DNA of 64,000 nt. Source: Escherichia coli (GTDB lineage: Bacteria > Pseudomonadota > Gammaproteobacteria > Enterobacterales > Enterobacteriaceae). Below the pieces are notes generated by a model. The model was given only the letters and a program-made list of their open reading frames with translations, did no database searches and was not told where the DNA came from. Positions 35,329 to 47,700 of the stretch are shown in pieces (the stretch's first letter is position 1; each line of letters begins with the position of its first letter). Where the stretch lies: NCBI RefSeq assembly GCF_050920415.1, contig NZ_CP169309.1, one strand, 5' to 3'. The translations under genes and the position numbers were made by a program.

Positions 35329-36531
35329 ATGACACAATTCGCTTCTCCTGTTCTGCACTCGTTGCTGGATACAGATGCTTATAAGTTGCATATGCAGCAA
35401 GCCGTGTTTCATCACTATTACGATGTGCATGTCGCGGCGGAGTTTCGTTGCCGAGGTGACGATCTGCTGGGTATTTATGCCGATGCTATTCGTGAACAGG
35501 TTCAGGCGATGCAGCATCTGCGCCTGCAGGATGATGAATATCAATGGCTCTCAGCCCTGCCTTTCTTTAAAGCCGACTATCTTAACTGGCTACGCGAGTT
35601 CCGCTTTAACCCGGAACAAGTCACCGTGTCCAACGATAATGGCAAGCTGGATATTCGTTTAAGCGGCCCGTGGCGTGAAGTCATCCTCTGGGAAGTTCCT
35701 TTGCTGGCGGTTATCAGTGAAATGGTACATCGCTATCGCTCACCGCAGGCCGACGTTGCGCAAGCCCTCGACACGCTGGAAAGCAAATTAGTCGACTTCT
35801 CGGCATTAACCGCCGATCTTGATATGTCGCGCTTCCATCTGATGGATTTTGGCACCCGCCGCCGTTTTTCTCGCGAAGTACAAGAAACCATCGTTAAGCG
35901 TCTACAACAAGAATCCTGGTTCGTAGGCACCAGTAATTACGATCTGGCGCGTCGGCTTTCCCTCACGCCAATGGGAACACAAGCACACGAATGGTTCCAG
36001 GCACATCAGCAAATCAGCCCGGACCTTGCCAACAGCCAGCGAGCTGCACTTGCTGCCTGGCTGGAAGAATATCCTGACCAACTTGGCATTGCGTTAACCG
36101 ACTGTATTACCATGGATGCGTTCCTGCGAGATTTCGGCGTAGAATTTGCCAGCCGCTATCAGGGCCTGCGTCATGACTCTGGCGACCCGGTTGAATGGGG
36201 CGAAAAAGCCATTGCACATTATGAGAAGCTGGGAATTGATCCGCAGAGTAAAACGCTGGTTTTCTCTGACAATCTGGATTTACGCAAAGCGGTTGAGCTA
36301 TACCGGCACTTCTCCTCCCGTGTGCAATTAAGTTTTGGTATTGGGACTCGCCTGACCTGCGATATCCCCCAGGTAAAACCCCTGAATATTGTCATTAAGC
36401 TGGTGGAGTGTAACGGTAAACCGGTGGCGAAACTTTCTGACAGCCCTGGCAAAACTATCTGCCACGATAAAGCGTTTGTTCGGGCGCTGCGCAAAGCGTT
36501 CGACCTTCCGCATATTAAAAAAGCCAGTTAA
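35329..36531 (+). CDS. pncB: nicotinate phosphoribosyltransferase
   Basis: 400 aa from [24 protein letters not shown]...; ORF-track start at 35281 is an extension. Confidence 0.95.
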   Translation: MTQFASPVLHSLLDTDAYKLHMQQAVFHHYYDVHVAAEFRCRGDDLLGIYADAIREQVQAMQHLRLQDDEYQWLSALPFFKADYLNWLREFRFNPEQVTVSNDNGKLDIRLSGPWREVILWEVPLLAVISEMVHRYRSPQADVAQALDTLESKLVDFSALTADLDMSRFHLMDFGTRRRFSREVQETIVKRLQQESWFVGTSNYDLARRLSLTPMGTQAHEWFQAHQQISPDLANSQRAALAAWLEEYPDQLGIALTDCITMDAFLRDFGVEFASRYQGLRHDSGDPVEWGEKAIAHYEKLGIDPQSKTLVFSDNLDLRKAVELYRHFSSRVQLSFGIGTRLTCDIPQVKPLNIVIKLVECNGKPVAKLSDSPGKTICHDKAFVRALRKAFDLPHIKKAS

Positions 36532-36699
36532 TATCATCAGGGAGCTAATCGGCTCCCTTTTTTTACCTTTAATTCCGAAATCTTTCGCTGCATTTGCGAA
36601 TTCTGCTTGTCTGATTGCAGATGCCAGGTAACATAGGTATCCCCCCATTTACGGGTGGACAAGTGTTTATTTTTTCCGACTATTAACAGAGAGAATATT

Positions 36700-38100
36700 A
36701 TGAGCGTTGTGCCTGTAGCCGACGTACTCCAGGGCCGCGTAGCCGTTGACAGCGAAGTCACCGTGCGCGGATGGGTACGTACCCGCCGAGATTCAAAAGC
36801 TGGCATCTCCTTCCTCGCCGTTTATGACGGTTCCTGCTTTGATCCTGTACAGGCTGTCATCAATAATTCTCTGCCCAATTACAATGAAGACGTTCTGCGT
36901 CTGACCACCGGTTGCTCGGTCATTGTGACGGGTAAAGTCGTGGCATCGCCAGGCCAGGGGCAACAATTTGAAATTCAGGCCAGCAAGGTTGAAGTTGCTG
37001 GTTGGGTTGAAGATCCAGACACTTACCCGATGGCGGCAAAACGCCACAGCATTGAGTATCTGCGTGAAGTCGCTCACCTGCGTCCGCGCACAAACCTGAT
37101 TGGTGCCGTCGCGCGCGTTCGCCATACGCTGGCGCAGGCGCTGCATCGCTTCTTTAACGAGCAGGGATTCTTCTGGGTTTCAACGCCACTGATTACTGCG
37201 TCTGATACCGAAGGGGCTGGCGAAATGTTCCGCGTTTCTACGCTGGATCTGGAAAACCTGCCGCGTAACGATCAGGGCAAAGTGGATTTCGACAAAGACT
37301 TCTTTGGTAAAGAGTCTTTCCTGACCGTATCTGGCCAGTTGAACGGTGAAACCTACGCTTGCGCATTGTCCAAAATTTATACCTTCGGCCCGACTTTCCG
37401 TGCTGAAAACTCCAACACCAGCCGTCACCTGGCGGAATTCTGGATGCTGGAGCCGGAAGTGGCGTTTGCTAACCTGAACGATATCGCGGGTCTGGCTGAA
37501 GCCATGCTGAAATATGTCTTCAAAGCGGTTCTCGAAGAACGCGCTGACGACATGAAATTCTTCGCTGAACGCGTAGATAAAGATGCCGTTTCACGTCTGG
37601 AACGCTTTATTGAGGCCGATTTCGCGCAGGTGGATTACACCGACGCAGTGACCATTCTCGAAAACTGCGGCAGGAAGTTTGAAAACCCGGTTTACTGGGG
37701 CGTCGATCTCTCTTCTGAGCATGAGCGTTATCTGGCAGAAGAACACTTTAAAGCACCGGTAGTGGTTAAAAACTATCCGAAAGATATTAAAGCGTTCTAT
37801 ATGCGCCTTAACGAAGACGGTAAAACCGTTGCGGCTATGGATGTTCTGGCTCCGGGCATCGGTGAAATCATTGGTGGTTCTCAGCGTGAAGAGCGTCTGG
37901 ACGTGCTGGACGAGCGTATGCTGGAAATGGGCCTGAATAAAGAAGATTACTGGTGGTATCGCGATCTGCGTCGCTACGGTACTGTTCCGCATTCCGGTTT
38001 CGGTCTTGGTTTTGAACGCCTGATTGCTTACGTAACTGGCGTGCAAAACGTGCGTGATGTGATTCCGTTCCCACGTACTCCGCGTAACGCCAGCTTCTAA
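36700..38100 (+). CDS. asnS: asparagine--tRNA ligase
   Basis: 466 aa from [14 protein letters not shown]...; class II aaRS features (FRAE, GGSQRE). Confidence 0.95.
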
Positions 38101-38113
38101 TTTAGCGTCTTCA

Positions 38114-38142
38114 AGAGCCAGCACCCGCTGGCTCTTTTTTTA
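38114..38142 (+). terminator. rho-independent terminator of asnS
   Basis: stem agagccagcacccgctggctct followed by T7. Confidence 0.8.
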
Positions 38143-38479
38143 TCCTTTCTGTCAAGTTATCTGTTTGTTAAGTCAAGCAATCTATTTGCAACCCCGCCAT
38201 AACGATCATCCTGTTACGGAATATTACACTGCAACATTTGCGCACAAAAACTAATCCGCATTCTTATTGCGGATTAGTTTTTTCTTAGCTGATAGCACAA
38301 TTTTCATACTATTTTTTGGCGTTCTGGATGTCTGAACGAGGATTTAGTGTCAGGTCGATAAAGTTTCTATCAGAAACAAAATTTCCTTTTAGTTAATTTA
38401 AATATAAGGAAATCATATAAATAGATAAAAATTGCTGTAAATATCATCTCGCTTCTAAGGAAATATGACGGTGTTCACA

Positions 38480-38701
38480 AAGTTCCTTAAATTTTACTTT
38501 TAGTTACATATTTTTTCTTTTTGAAACCAAATCTTTATCTTTGTAGCACTTTCACGGTAGCGAAACGTTAGTTTGAATGGAAAGATGCCTGCAGACACAT
38601 AAAGACACCAAACTCTCATCAATAGTTCCGTAAATTTTTATTGACAGAACTTATTGACGGCAGTGGCAGGTGTCATAAAAAAACCATGAGGGTAATAAAT
38701 A
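38480..38701 (+). promoter_or_regulatory. ompF promoter with OmpR-binding region and about 110-nt 5' UTR (micF target)
   Basis: AT-rich tttacttttagttacatattttttctttttgaaaccaaatctttatctttgtagcactttcacgg resembles the OmpR F1-F3 boxes as I recall them; exact boundaries not verified. Confidence 0.55.
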
Positions 38702-39790
38702 ATGATGAAGCGCAATATTCTGGCAGTGATCGTCCCTGCTCTGTTAGTAGCAGGTACTGCAAACGCTGCAGAAATTTATAACAAAGATGGCAACAAAGTA
38801 GATCTGTACGGTAAAGCTGTCGGTCTGCATTATTTCTCCAAGGGTAACGGTGAAAACAGTTACGGTGGCAATGGCGACATGACCTATGCCCGTCTTGGTT
38901 TTAAAGGGGAAACTCAAATCAATTCCGATCTGACCGGTTATGGTCAGTGGGAATATAACTTCCAGGGTAACAACTCTGAAGGCGCTGACGCTCAAACTGG
39001 TAACAAAACGCGTCTGGCATTCGCGGGTCTTAAATACGCTGACGTTGGTTCTTTCGATTACGGCCGTAACTACGGTGTGGTTTATGATGCACTGGGTTAC
39101 ACCGATATGCTGCCAGAATTTGGTGGTGATACTGCATACAGCGATGACTTCTTCGTTGGTCGTGTTGGCGGCGTTGCTACCTATCGTAACTCCAACTTCT
39201 TTGGTCTGGTTGATGGCCTGAACTTCGCTGTTCAGTACCTGGGTAAAAACGAGCGTGACACTGCACGCCGCTCTAACGGCGACGGTGTTGGCGGTTCTAT
39301 CAGCTACGAATACGAAGGCTTTGGTATCGTTGGTGCTTATGGCGCCGCTGACCGTACCAACCTGCAAGAAGCTCAACCTCTTGGCAACGGTAAAAAAGCT
39401 GAACAGTGGGCTACTGGTCTGAAGTATGACGCGAACAACATCTACCTGGCAGCGAACTACGGTGAAACCCGTAACGCTACGCCGATCACTAATAAATTTA
39501 CAAACATCAGCGGCTTCGCCAACAAAACGCAAGATGTTCTGTTAGTTGCGCAATACCAGTTCGATTTCGGTCTGCGTCCGTCCATCGCTTACACCAAATC
39601 TAAAGCGAAAGACGTAGAAGATATCGGTGATGTTGATCTGGTGAACTACTTTGAAGTGGGCGCAACCTACTACTTCAACAAAAACATGTCCACCTATGTT
39701 GACTACATCATCAACCAGATCGATTCTGACAACAAACTGGGCGTAGGTTCAGACGACACCGTTGCTGTGGGTATCGTTTACCAGTTCTAA
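38702..39790 (+). CDS. ompF: outer membrane porin F
   Basis: 362 aa [22 protein letters not shown]...; C-terminal Phe. Confidence 0.95.
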   Translation: MMKRNILAVIVPALLVAGTANAAEIYNKDGNKVDLYGKAVGLHYFSKGNGENSYGGNGDMTYARLGFKGETQINSDLTGYGQWEYNFQGNNSEGADAQTGNKTRLAFAGLKYADVGSFDYGRNYGVVYDALGYTDMLPEFGGDTAYSDDFFVGRVGGVATYRNSNFFGLVDGLNFAVQYLGKNERDTARRSNGDGVGGSISYEYEGFGIVGAYGAADRTNLQEAQPLGNGKKAEQWATGLKYDANNIYLAANYGETRNATPITNKFTNISGFANKTQDVLLVAQYQFDFGLRPSIAYTKSKAKDVEDIGDVDLVNYFEVGATYYFNKNMSTYVDYIINQIDSDNKLGVGSDDTVAVGIVYQF

Positions 39791-39815
39791 TAGCACACCT
39801 CTTTGTTAAATGCCG

Positions 39816-39846
39816 AAAAAACAGGACTTTGGTCCTGTTTTTTTTA
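39816..39846 (+). terminator. rho-independent terminator of ompF
   Basis: stem acaggactttggtcctgt followed by T-run. Confidence 0.8.
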
Positions 39847-39974
39847 TGCCTTCCAGAGCAATCTCACGTCTTGCAAAAACAGCCTGCGTTTTCATCAGTA
39901 ATAGTTGGAATTTTGTAAATCTCCCGTTACCCTGATAGCGGACTTCCCTTCTGTAACCATAATGGAACCTCGTC

Positions 39975-41165
39975 ATGTTTGAGAACATTACCGCCGCTCC
40001 TGCCGACCCGATTCTGGGCCTGGCCGATCTGTTTCGTGCCGATGAACGTCCCGGCAAAATTAACCTCGGGATTGGTGTCTATAAAGATGAGACGGGCAAA
40101 ACCCCGGTACTGACCAGCGTGAAAAAGGCTGAACAGTATCTGCTCGAAAATGAAACCACCAAAAATTACCTCGGCATTGACGGCATCCCTGAATTTGGTC
40201 GCTGCACTCAGGAACTGCTGTTTGGTAAAGGTAGCGCCCTGATCAATGACAAACGTGCTCGCACGGCACAGACTCCGGGTGGCACTGGCGCACTACGCGT
40301 GGCTGCCGATTTCCTGGCAAAAAATACCAGCGTTAAGCGTGTGTGGGTGAGCAACCCAAGCTGGCCGAACCATAAGAGCGTCTTTAACTCTGCAGGTCTG
40401 GAAGTTCGTGAATACGCTTATTATGATGCGGAAAATCACACCCTTGACTTCGATGCACTGATTAACAGCCTGAACGAAGCTCAGGCTGGCGACGTAGTGC
40501 TGTTCCATGGCTGCTGCCATAACCCAACCGGTATCGACCCTACGCTGGAACAATGGCAGACACTGGCACAACTTTCCGTTGAGAAAGGCTGGTTACCGCT
40601 GTTTGACTTCGCTTACCAGGGGTTTGCCCGTGGTCTGGAAGAAGATGCTGAAGGACTGCGCGCTTTCGCGGCTATGCATAAAGAGCTGATTGTTGCCAGT
40701 TCCTACTCTAAAAACTTTGGCCTGTACAACGAGCGTGTTGGCGCTTGTACTCTGGTTGCTGCTGACAGTGAGACCGTTGATCGCGCATTCAGCCAAATGA
40801 AAGCGGCGATTCGCGCTAACTACTCTAACCCTCCAGCACACGGCGCTTCTGTTGTTGCCACCATCCTGAGCAACGATGCGTTACGTGCGATTTGGGAACA
40901 AGAGCTGACTGATATGCGCCAGCGTATTCAGCGTATGCGTCAGTTGTTCGTCAATACGCTGCAGGAAAAAGGCGCAAACCGCGACTTCAGCTTTATCATC
41001 AAACAGAACGGCATGTTCTCCTTCAGTGGCCTGACAAAAGAACAAGTGCTGCGTCTGCGCGAAGAGTTTGGCGTGTATGCTGTTGCTTCTGGTCGCGTAA
41101 ACGTGGCCGGGATGACACCAGATAATATGGCTCCGCTGTGCGAAGCGATTGTGGCAGTGCTGTAA
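39975..41165 (+). CDS. aspC: aspartate aminotransferase
   Basis: 396 aa [36 protein letters not shown]... Confidence 0.95.
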   Translation: MFENITAAPADPILGLADLFRADERPGKINLGIGVYKDETGKTPVLTSVKKAEQYLLENETTKNYLGIDGIPEFGRCTQELLFGKGSALINDKRARTAQTPGGTGALRVAADFLAKNTSVKRVWVSNPSWPNHKSVFNSAGLEVREYAYYDAENHTLDFDALINSLNEAQAGDVVLFHGCCHNPTGIDPTLEQWQTLAQLSVEKGWLPLFDFAYQGFARGLEEDAEGLRAFAAMHKELIVASSYSKNFGLYNERVGACTLVAADSETVDRAFSQMKAAIRANYSNPPAHGASVVATILSNDALRAIWEQELTDMRQRIQRMRQLFVNTLQEKGANRDFSFIIKQNGMFSFSGLTKEQVLRLREEFGVYAVASGRVNVAGMTPDNMAPLCEAIVAVL

Positions 41166-41182
41166 GCGTTAAAAACAATGAA

Positions 41183-41207
41183 GCCCGCTGAAAAGCGGGC
41201 TTTTTTA
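41183..41207. terminator. bidirectional terminator between convergent aspC and gloC
   Basis: stem gcccgctgaaaagcgggc flanked by an A-run and T6. Confidence 0.8.
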
Positions 41208-41214
41208 TGCGCCT

Positions 41215-41862
41215 TTACCAGACGGGCATTTCGTCTTGCAGGAAGGGATTATGCAGGCGCTCATAACCAAGTGTGGATAATGGTCCGTGACCCGGAATAA
41301 ATGTCACATCATCCCCCAGTGGCAGCAATTTATCTTTGATTGAAGAAATCAGTTGATTATGATCGCCACGCGGGAAGTCACTGCGCCCTACTCCACCTTT
41401 GAAAATAACGTCGCCAGAAATCAGCAGCCTTGCCCGCTCATCAAAAAACACGACATGACCCGGCGTATGCCCAGGGCAATGTAACACCTGTAAAGTCACA
41501 TTCCCTATGCTGATGGTATCGCCTTCGTTCAGCCAACGATCTGGCGTCAGCGGCTGGCACTCTTCCAGACCAAACATACGACTTTGCGCAGGCAAGCCTT
41601 GCAGCCAGAACTCATCTTCTTTTTCCGGGCCAAAAACCGGCACGCCGTAATGTTGCACCAGTTCCGCCGCTGCGCCAACGTGGTCCAGATGACCATGAGT
41701 CAGCAGGATCTGCATCAGTGTCAGGCCGCTGGCATCAACTTCCTGTTTGATTTTTTCCGCATCGCCGCCAGGATCGACCAGTGCGGCCAGACGGGTTTGT
41801 TCACACCAGATCAATGAACAGTTCTGGGAGAATGCGGTGACCGGAATAATACGATAGTTCAT
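41215..41862 (-). CDS. gloC: hydroxyacylglutathione hydrolase GloC (metallo-beta-lactamase fold)
   Basis: 215 aa with THGHLDH motif. Confidence 0.9.
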   Translation of the reverse strand: MNYRIIPVTAFSQNCSLIWCEQTRLAALVDPGGDAEKIKQEVDASGLTLMQILLTHGHLDHVGAAAELVQHYGVPVFGPEKEDEFWLQGLPAQSRMFGLEECQPLTPDRWLNEGDTISIGNVTLQVLHCPGHTPGHVVFFDERARLLISGDVIFKGGVGRSDFPRGDHNQLISSIKDKLLPLGDDVTFIPGHGPLSTLGYERLHNPFLQDEMPVW

Positions 41863-41888
41863 ACTGCCCCTGTTTCGTTAAGCGATTA

Positions 41889-42437
41889 CTACCAGTGCCG
41901 TGCTGGCCCGGTATCAATATGCACAAAGTTACTACGTGGGTAATATCCTACACCACCTGCGCGCATAGATAACGCGGCTTTGCGAATATTGCTTAACGCG
42001 ATACCTTCAATGTGGAAATCCATCGCCTGGCCTTTAGTGTGATAGCTTTTCTTCGCTACTCCACGGCTGCGGGCGCGTAGTTCATTGTTGGTATCAATGG
42101 AACGATAACCGGAAATGAGTTGCACCGGTTTGCGGGTGCCTAACAACCCTTGCAGGCGATACAACTGGTCGAATAATCCTGGGTCGATGGACTTTATTTT
42201 GTTCGCGCGGTAATCGCGGAAAAAATGGTTAAGTTTTGCCAATTCTTCCTGAATATAGCCTCTGCCATCGAAAAACTCCGCTTTGATTGACTCTCCGGTA
42301 TGAAGATTATTGAGTGTCAAAATGCGCGGGCGTGGGGTCGAGAGTGTTGCAAACGCCGGGGTCGGCAGGATGGCGGCACCGAGTGCAACGCCACCAAGCG
42401 CCAGCAGTTTGCGGCGATTAGCGTCGAATTTGTCCAT
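41889..42437 (-). CDS. mepK: peptidoglycan L,D-endopeptidase MepK (YcbK)
   Basis: 182 aa from MDKFDANRRKLLALGGVALGAAILPTPAFA (twin-arginine-like signal); ORF-track TTG start at 42446 is an extension. Confidence 0.85.
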   Translation of the reverse strand: MDKFDANRRKLLALGGVALGAAILPTPAFATLSTPRPRILTLNNLHTGESIKAEFFDGRGYIQEELAKLNHFFRDYRANKIKSIDPGLFDQLYRLQGLLGTRKPVQLISGYRSIDTNNELRARSRGVAKKSYHTKGQAMDFHIEGIALSNIRKAALSMRAGGVGYYPRSNFVHIDTGPARHW

Positions 42438-42617
42438 GATAATCAAGTCTACAGGTCAATGTTATCGTTTATATGCACTTCTGGCGCACAAGAGGCACCT
42501 TAACCGCCCGTAAAGCAGACGTCAAGATGACTCAACCCCAGCAGTGACGGGGGCTGCAGAGAAGCGCCCCCGATCATGCTAATTATTACGACAACTGATT
42601 TCCCCGAACTGCTTCAT

Positions 42618-44465
42618 TTACCTGATTAATTGTTCCGCTTTCGATACGATTTGCGAGCTGGATCGCGCAGGCAGATCATAATTGTAAATATCTGTACGAT
42701 ACTGGGTACGACCATCTGCACCAACAAAGGCCGTCAGATAGAAGAGATTCACCGGAATCGACTGCCGAATATTGACGTAACGCGTATCGCCCTGCTTCAG
42801 CGCATCAGAAATACGTTTGTCATTCCAGCCTGCATCCTGCAACAGCATATTCGCCAGATCGGAAGCTTTATTCACTCGTACACAGCCTGAGCTCAATGCG
42901 CGTGTATCACGCTTGAACAGATTGTGGTTCGGCGTGTCATGCAAATAAATGGCCTCTGAACTCGGCATATTGAATTTATAGCGCCCCAGCGAGTTCCGTG
43001 GGCCTGGAGCCTGCTGGAAGCGGAACGGTAAATTCGAGGCCGTGATTGTAGACCAGTCAACCTGCCACGGATCAATCGCCTCCCTGCTGTTCCAACCGCG
43101 CATCACCGTATAGCCATGGCTTTCGAGATATCCCGGATCGTTGCGCACTTTCGGCAGAATATCTTTGCGTGCCAGAGTTGGTGGTACATTCCACGGCGGG
43201 TTTACCACCACGTTGTTAAGGGCACTGCTCATCATTGGCGTTTTGCGATCGGGGCGACCGACAATGACTCGCGAATCCAGCACCTGATTGCCGTTCTGAT
43301 AGTAGACCAGCGAATAGGCCGGAATGTTAACCATGATCCCGGTAGAAAGCTCTGTTGGCAGCAAGCGCAATCGCTGGATGTTGAGTGCCAACACGCCAGC
43401 ACGCTGGGCGGGCGTTACGTTTAACCAGTCACGCGTTGCCGGGCCAATAGCACCATCTGCCCCCAATCCTTGCCATGCCTGAAAACGTTTAACGGCTTCC
43501 ACCAGTTCATTATCGTAGGCGGCACGAACGACAGGCGCAGGTTTACTACGAGACGTAGTTTGCTTGTCCATCGGCTTAGTTTCTGCTGTTTCAACAGTAA
43601 CAGCGGATGGGCTGACTACCGCGTCAGTTGGCGTGTCATCGCCAGGTAGCGTAATTTTCGGCCCCCCGTCCAGCATGCCTGTACGCTGCAATATTTCGCG
43701 CAACGCCGGTACGTCGTTACTCCACTGCCCTGGGCGCAACGTTGCTTTGCCGGTCAGTTGGGGCCACGGTTTGGTGTCACTGAGTAAGGCCAGTAAAGAT
43801 TCATGCATCGCCGCATATTGCGGATGCTGCGGTGCCAGTCCTGCAACAAACGTCGGCAATTGACCTTTATCCAGCGCCAGCTGCCATTGGTTAATCACCG
43901 AGAGCGGCGGCGTGGAAAGCGCATAAGGTTTACTGCTGTATAACCAGCGAGTGCCTTTGACTGGAATATTTGCGATGAAATGGAGATAGCCCATCATCGC
44001 ATCAGAGAGCACCACATCGCGTGCCATCCCGTTAATACCAGGATCGGTCAGCAACTCTACCCATTTATTAAACTGCGGCTGGAAACCGGCAATCGCCACT
44101 TCTGCCAGCTGTTGCTGGAAGGCTTTAACAGCATCACGGTTTTCCCACATGGGTTGCATATCGCGTGCGGCATACAACAGTTGAAGCTGGTTAAGATAAA
44201 CCGGCTTATAGCCTGCAGGTAATTGAGATTCGATTTGCGTGCGGGCTTTTTCTGCCGCACCTTCAGGCAATGGCTGGATCCCCGCCATTATTGCCGTGGC
44301 CTGCGCCTGCGGCAGTGCCTCGCCCTGTTCGCTGACAGCCACCGGGCTGTCGCCAGGGATTACTTCAGGCTCATCGGCCTGAGCATTGAACAGTGGAGCG
44401 AATGTTACGGCCACGCACAAACTGATTGCCGACAGCCGACGACCACACATCATATTAAGCAACAT
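42618..44465 (-). CDS. ldtD: L,D-transpeptidase LdtD (YcbB)
   Basis: 615 aa with signal peptide; C-terminal YkuD-like region with catalytic-type Cys in SSGCVRV. Confidence 0.9.
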   Translation of the reverse strand: MLLNMMCGRRLSAISLCVAVTFAPLFNAQADEPEVIPGDSPVAVSEQGEALPQAQATAIMAGIQPLPEGAAEKARTQIESQLPAGYKPVYLNQLQLLYAARDMQPMWENRDAVKAFQQQLAEVAIAGFQPQFNKWVELLTDPGINGMARDVVLSDAMMGYLHFIANIPVKGTRWLYSSKPYALSTPPLSVINQWQLALDKGQLPTFVAGLAPQHPQYAAMHESLLALLSDTKPWPQLTGKATLRPGQWSNDVPALREILQRTGMLDGGPKITLPGDDTPTDAVVSPSAVTVETAETKPMDKQTTSRSKPAPVVRAAYDNELVEAVKRFQAWQGLGADGAIGPATRDWLNVTPAQRAGVLALNIQRLRLLPTELSTGIMVNIPAYSLVYYQNGNQVLDSRVIVGRPDRKTPMMSSALNNVVVNPPWNVPPTLARKDILPKVRNDPGYLESHGYTVMRGWNSREAIDPWQVDWSTITASNLPFRFQQAPGPRNSLGRYKFNMPSSEAIYLHDTPNHNLFKRDTRALSSGCVRVNKASDLANMLLQDAGWNDKRISDALKQGDTRYVNIRQSIPVNLFYLTAFVGADGRTQYRTDIYNYDLPARSSSQIVSKAEQLIR

Positions 44466-44687
44466 CCCTTGCCCCCTGTTTTTATCATACTCTGAATAGC
44501 CAGGCTGTTATTTTACGACTTGCCTGTACAACGCCAATACTCACGAAAGTATGACGAGCAAGCCTGTTACTCATCAGGCTTATCTTCAGTATATAAACGC
44601 CGATACGTTTTTACATAACCTAATGTAAAGAAGTTTAAAGAAAAGCGCGCCAGAATGTGGCACTTTTTTAGTGCAGAAACGGAGTTT

Positions 44688-44720
44688 TCAGAAACAGGAA
44701 AGGCGGCATCGCTGCCGCCT
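44688..44720 (-). terminator. probable terminator downstream of mukB
   Basis: hairpin aggcggcatcgctgccgcct immediately after the mukB stop, then a U-rich tract on the minus strand. Confidence 0.45.
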
Positions 44721-44725
44721 CAATC

Positions 44726-47700
44726 TTAACTCGCCTGGGAAGGCGCTTCGTCAGTTCCTGGAAGCGTTTCAGGGAGTTGCGGTGCAAAACCACGCAGACC
44801 GACTACGTGAACGTGTTCGGTATTCTGGAAGACTTTACGCACCAGTTTATAGGTGGTGCCTTTTTCCGGGCTGATATTTTCCGGCGCTGCGATGATGAGC
44901 TGCATTTGCAAACGCTCACACAATTCAAACAGCGTGGCGATGGAACGGGCATCCAGTCGCGCTGCTTCATCAAGGAACAGCAGACGGCAAGGAGAGATAT
45001 CTTTACCGCGCAAGCGGCGAGATTCATCTTCCCAACTCTGTACCACCATCACCAGAATCGACATACCGGTACCAATAGCCTCACCGGTCGACAATGCACC
45101 AGACTCCGCGCGCAACCAGCCATCGGAACCACGGTTAACCTCAACTTCCATTTCAAGATAGTTACGGTAATCCAGCAGTTCTTCACCGATGGTCTGCGGC
45201 GTGCGCTGCCCCATATCAATCTGCGGATTAAGGCGCTGATACAGTTTCGCCAGCGCTTCCGAGAAGGTCAGACGGTTGCTGTTAAACAGATCCTGATGTT
45301 GTTCGTGCTGTTCAGAGAGCACATCCAGCAGCATGGCGTGCGTTTCACGCACGTTCACGTTGAGGCGCACGCTGTTCACCTGACCGAACGATACGTTCTG
45401 CAAGCCCTGGTTGAGCATACGGATACGGTTCTGCTCGCGCTGAATAGTTTTACGGATGATGTTCGCCACGCTGCGGGAACTGATCGCCAGTTTCTGTTCG
45501 CGGGACGTTAACTCTTCAGTCAGACGGCTAAGTTCGATCTCCATCTGCTCGATAGCTTCAACCGGATCATCGGTACGAATAATATCCTGACGAATACGCT
45601 CGCGCAGATGCTGATAAACCGCCACGAAGAACTGAATTTTACGTTCCGGACGTTTTGGATCTTCCGACATACGCAGCACGTCGCGCAGATGTTCGTTATC
45701 CGCTACCGCGAGACGCAACGCACCCAACGCCTTATCCGACATGGAACGCAAATCATCAGCGGAGAGATAAGCCAGCTCACGACGGTGTAAGCGGCGCTCA
45801 ACACCGTTATCTTTCACCATGCGCATCACTGCACACCAGCCCGCTTTCGCGGTCACTACCTGCTCGCGCATCTCAAAGTAATCACGCTCCAGCTTGCGCA
45901 GTTTGCGGGTCAGGTTGTCCATCTCCGCTTCGCAGAAGGTAAGCGCTTTTTCCAGTTGGTTGCGACGTGAACGGTTATTGCTCAGCTGCGCATGTAACTC
46001 ATCACGGCGAATACGCGCCCGCTCTTCTGCCCCGCTATCAGCACGCACGCCGATATCCTGCAATTCACGTTGCAGATCGTTGAGTAGCTCTTTTTTGGTG
46101 TCATACGAACTTTTCAGCGAAGCCAGTACCTGATTGTACTGACTTAACTGCGCGGCGTGTCCGCGCAACGCTTCACGAGCGCGGGTACGCTCCGCTTCCG
46201 CCTGTTCCAGACGTTCACGCAGTTTTTCGTTGAGATCGCTGTTACCGCTAAGCATTTCTGCCGAGTCAGAGTAGCTAAAGTGCGCACGACGCTGCACCAC
46301 TTCCGTCAGGGCAAACGCCTGCTGACGGGCATCGCGCTGCATCTGCTGAGAGTACGCGTAATCTTCTTTTAACTGTTCGAACTGTTCCGGGTCACTCTGC
46401 AATACCGAAACGATCGGTTCCAGTTTCGCCAGTTGATTACCGAACTGCTGAACAAAACGCGCGGCTTCCTGGGCTTCATCCAGACGTTCGCGGATTTCAT
46501 CGACGCGATCCGCCAGGCTGTCATCAGCCAACAGGTTGAGACGCGGCAGAATGCGGTTCAGCGCCGTAACGCCTTCTTTCGCCTGCTCAAACTGAATACG
46601 CTGCTGCTGGTTATCATTTTCATGATTACTCAACGCCCGCTCCAGTTCGACGCGACGGCTGTTCAGTTGACGGATTTCGGCTTCCGGATCAGACTCAAAC
46701 GCCACCGCCAGATGGCTGCCGATAAAGCGGCTGAACGCCTGATGCAGACGCTGGGTTTTCTGTACATCAAAGGAGAGCGTGGCGAAGCGTTCGGAAAGCA
46801 CTTCACGCTCGGCATGGAGGCTTTCGATGCGGCTTTCGCGCGCCGCGCGTCCAAACAGCGGCACTTCCGGGAAACGTGAATAACGCCACTGACGATCGGC
46901 GATTTTCACCACTACCGCTTTTTCCAGCTCATCAACGCTGAACACGCTGTCATCGAATGACTGCGGATCCCCTTCGATCAGATAGAGATCTTCCGGGCAA
47001 TCGGTCAAGCCTTCCAGGTGTTCGGTTACCTGTGACAGATCTGGCACCACGATGGCGTGGCGTGACGGGCCATACAGCGCCGAGAAGTACGGCGCATCTT
47101 CCAGGCTAACATCGTCATAAATTTCTGACAGCAACACGCCGCCAAAACGCTCCGCCAGCGCATTCAGACGCTGGTCTTCAGAACCACCTGGCTGGCTTAA
47201 ACGTTCGATCTCTTCATCGACGGCGTTTTTGCGCGCGCCTACTTCATCGCGTTCAACAATCGCCTCGCGCTCACGCTCCAGCAACTGTTGCAGAAATTCG
47301 GTGACATCCTGGCTTGAGGAGAATTCTTCGCCGCACTGTTCGCTCAACTGGTTGAGACTGTTTTGCGCTGCCAGCCAAACCGGCGCACGCTGCATCAAAC
47401 TCTGAATGCGAGACTGCAGCTGTTCCTGCTCCTGGCGCAGTGCCATACGCTCTTCGCGGGCGTTAGACACGCTATTGGAAAGAGAGGCAATGCGCGCTTC
47501 CAGCTCCTGATGCAGAGCTTCCAGTTCATCAATATCAAAATTCTTGCCCTGACGTTTGCAGAAATCTGCCAGCAGACGCTCAGCTTCTTGCTGTTCGCGC
47601 AGACGCTGTTCCAGTTCGCTTAAGCGCATTCGCAACGGCTGAACCTGCTCTGCCAGGTGACGCTGATCGACCCCTTCGCGCAGCAGTTCGCGAGCGACAT

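Noticed and set aside
38744-39532. 262-aa minus-strand ORF
   Set aside because: Antisense to ompF; repetitive V/T-rich translation typical of the reverse frame of a porin gene.
44777-45511. 244-aa ORF, and several others between 45600 and 49200 (e.g. 47894-48619), on the plus strand
   Set aside because: They lie antisense to mukB, which is a confidently recognised 1486-aa gene; they are the usual frame shadows of a long coding region.
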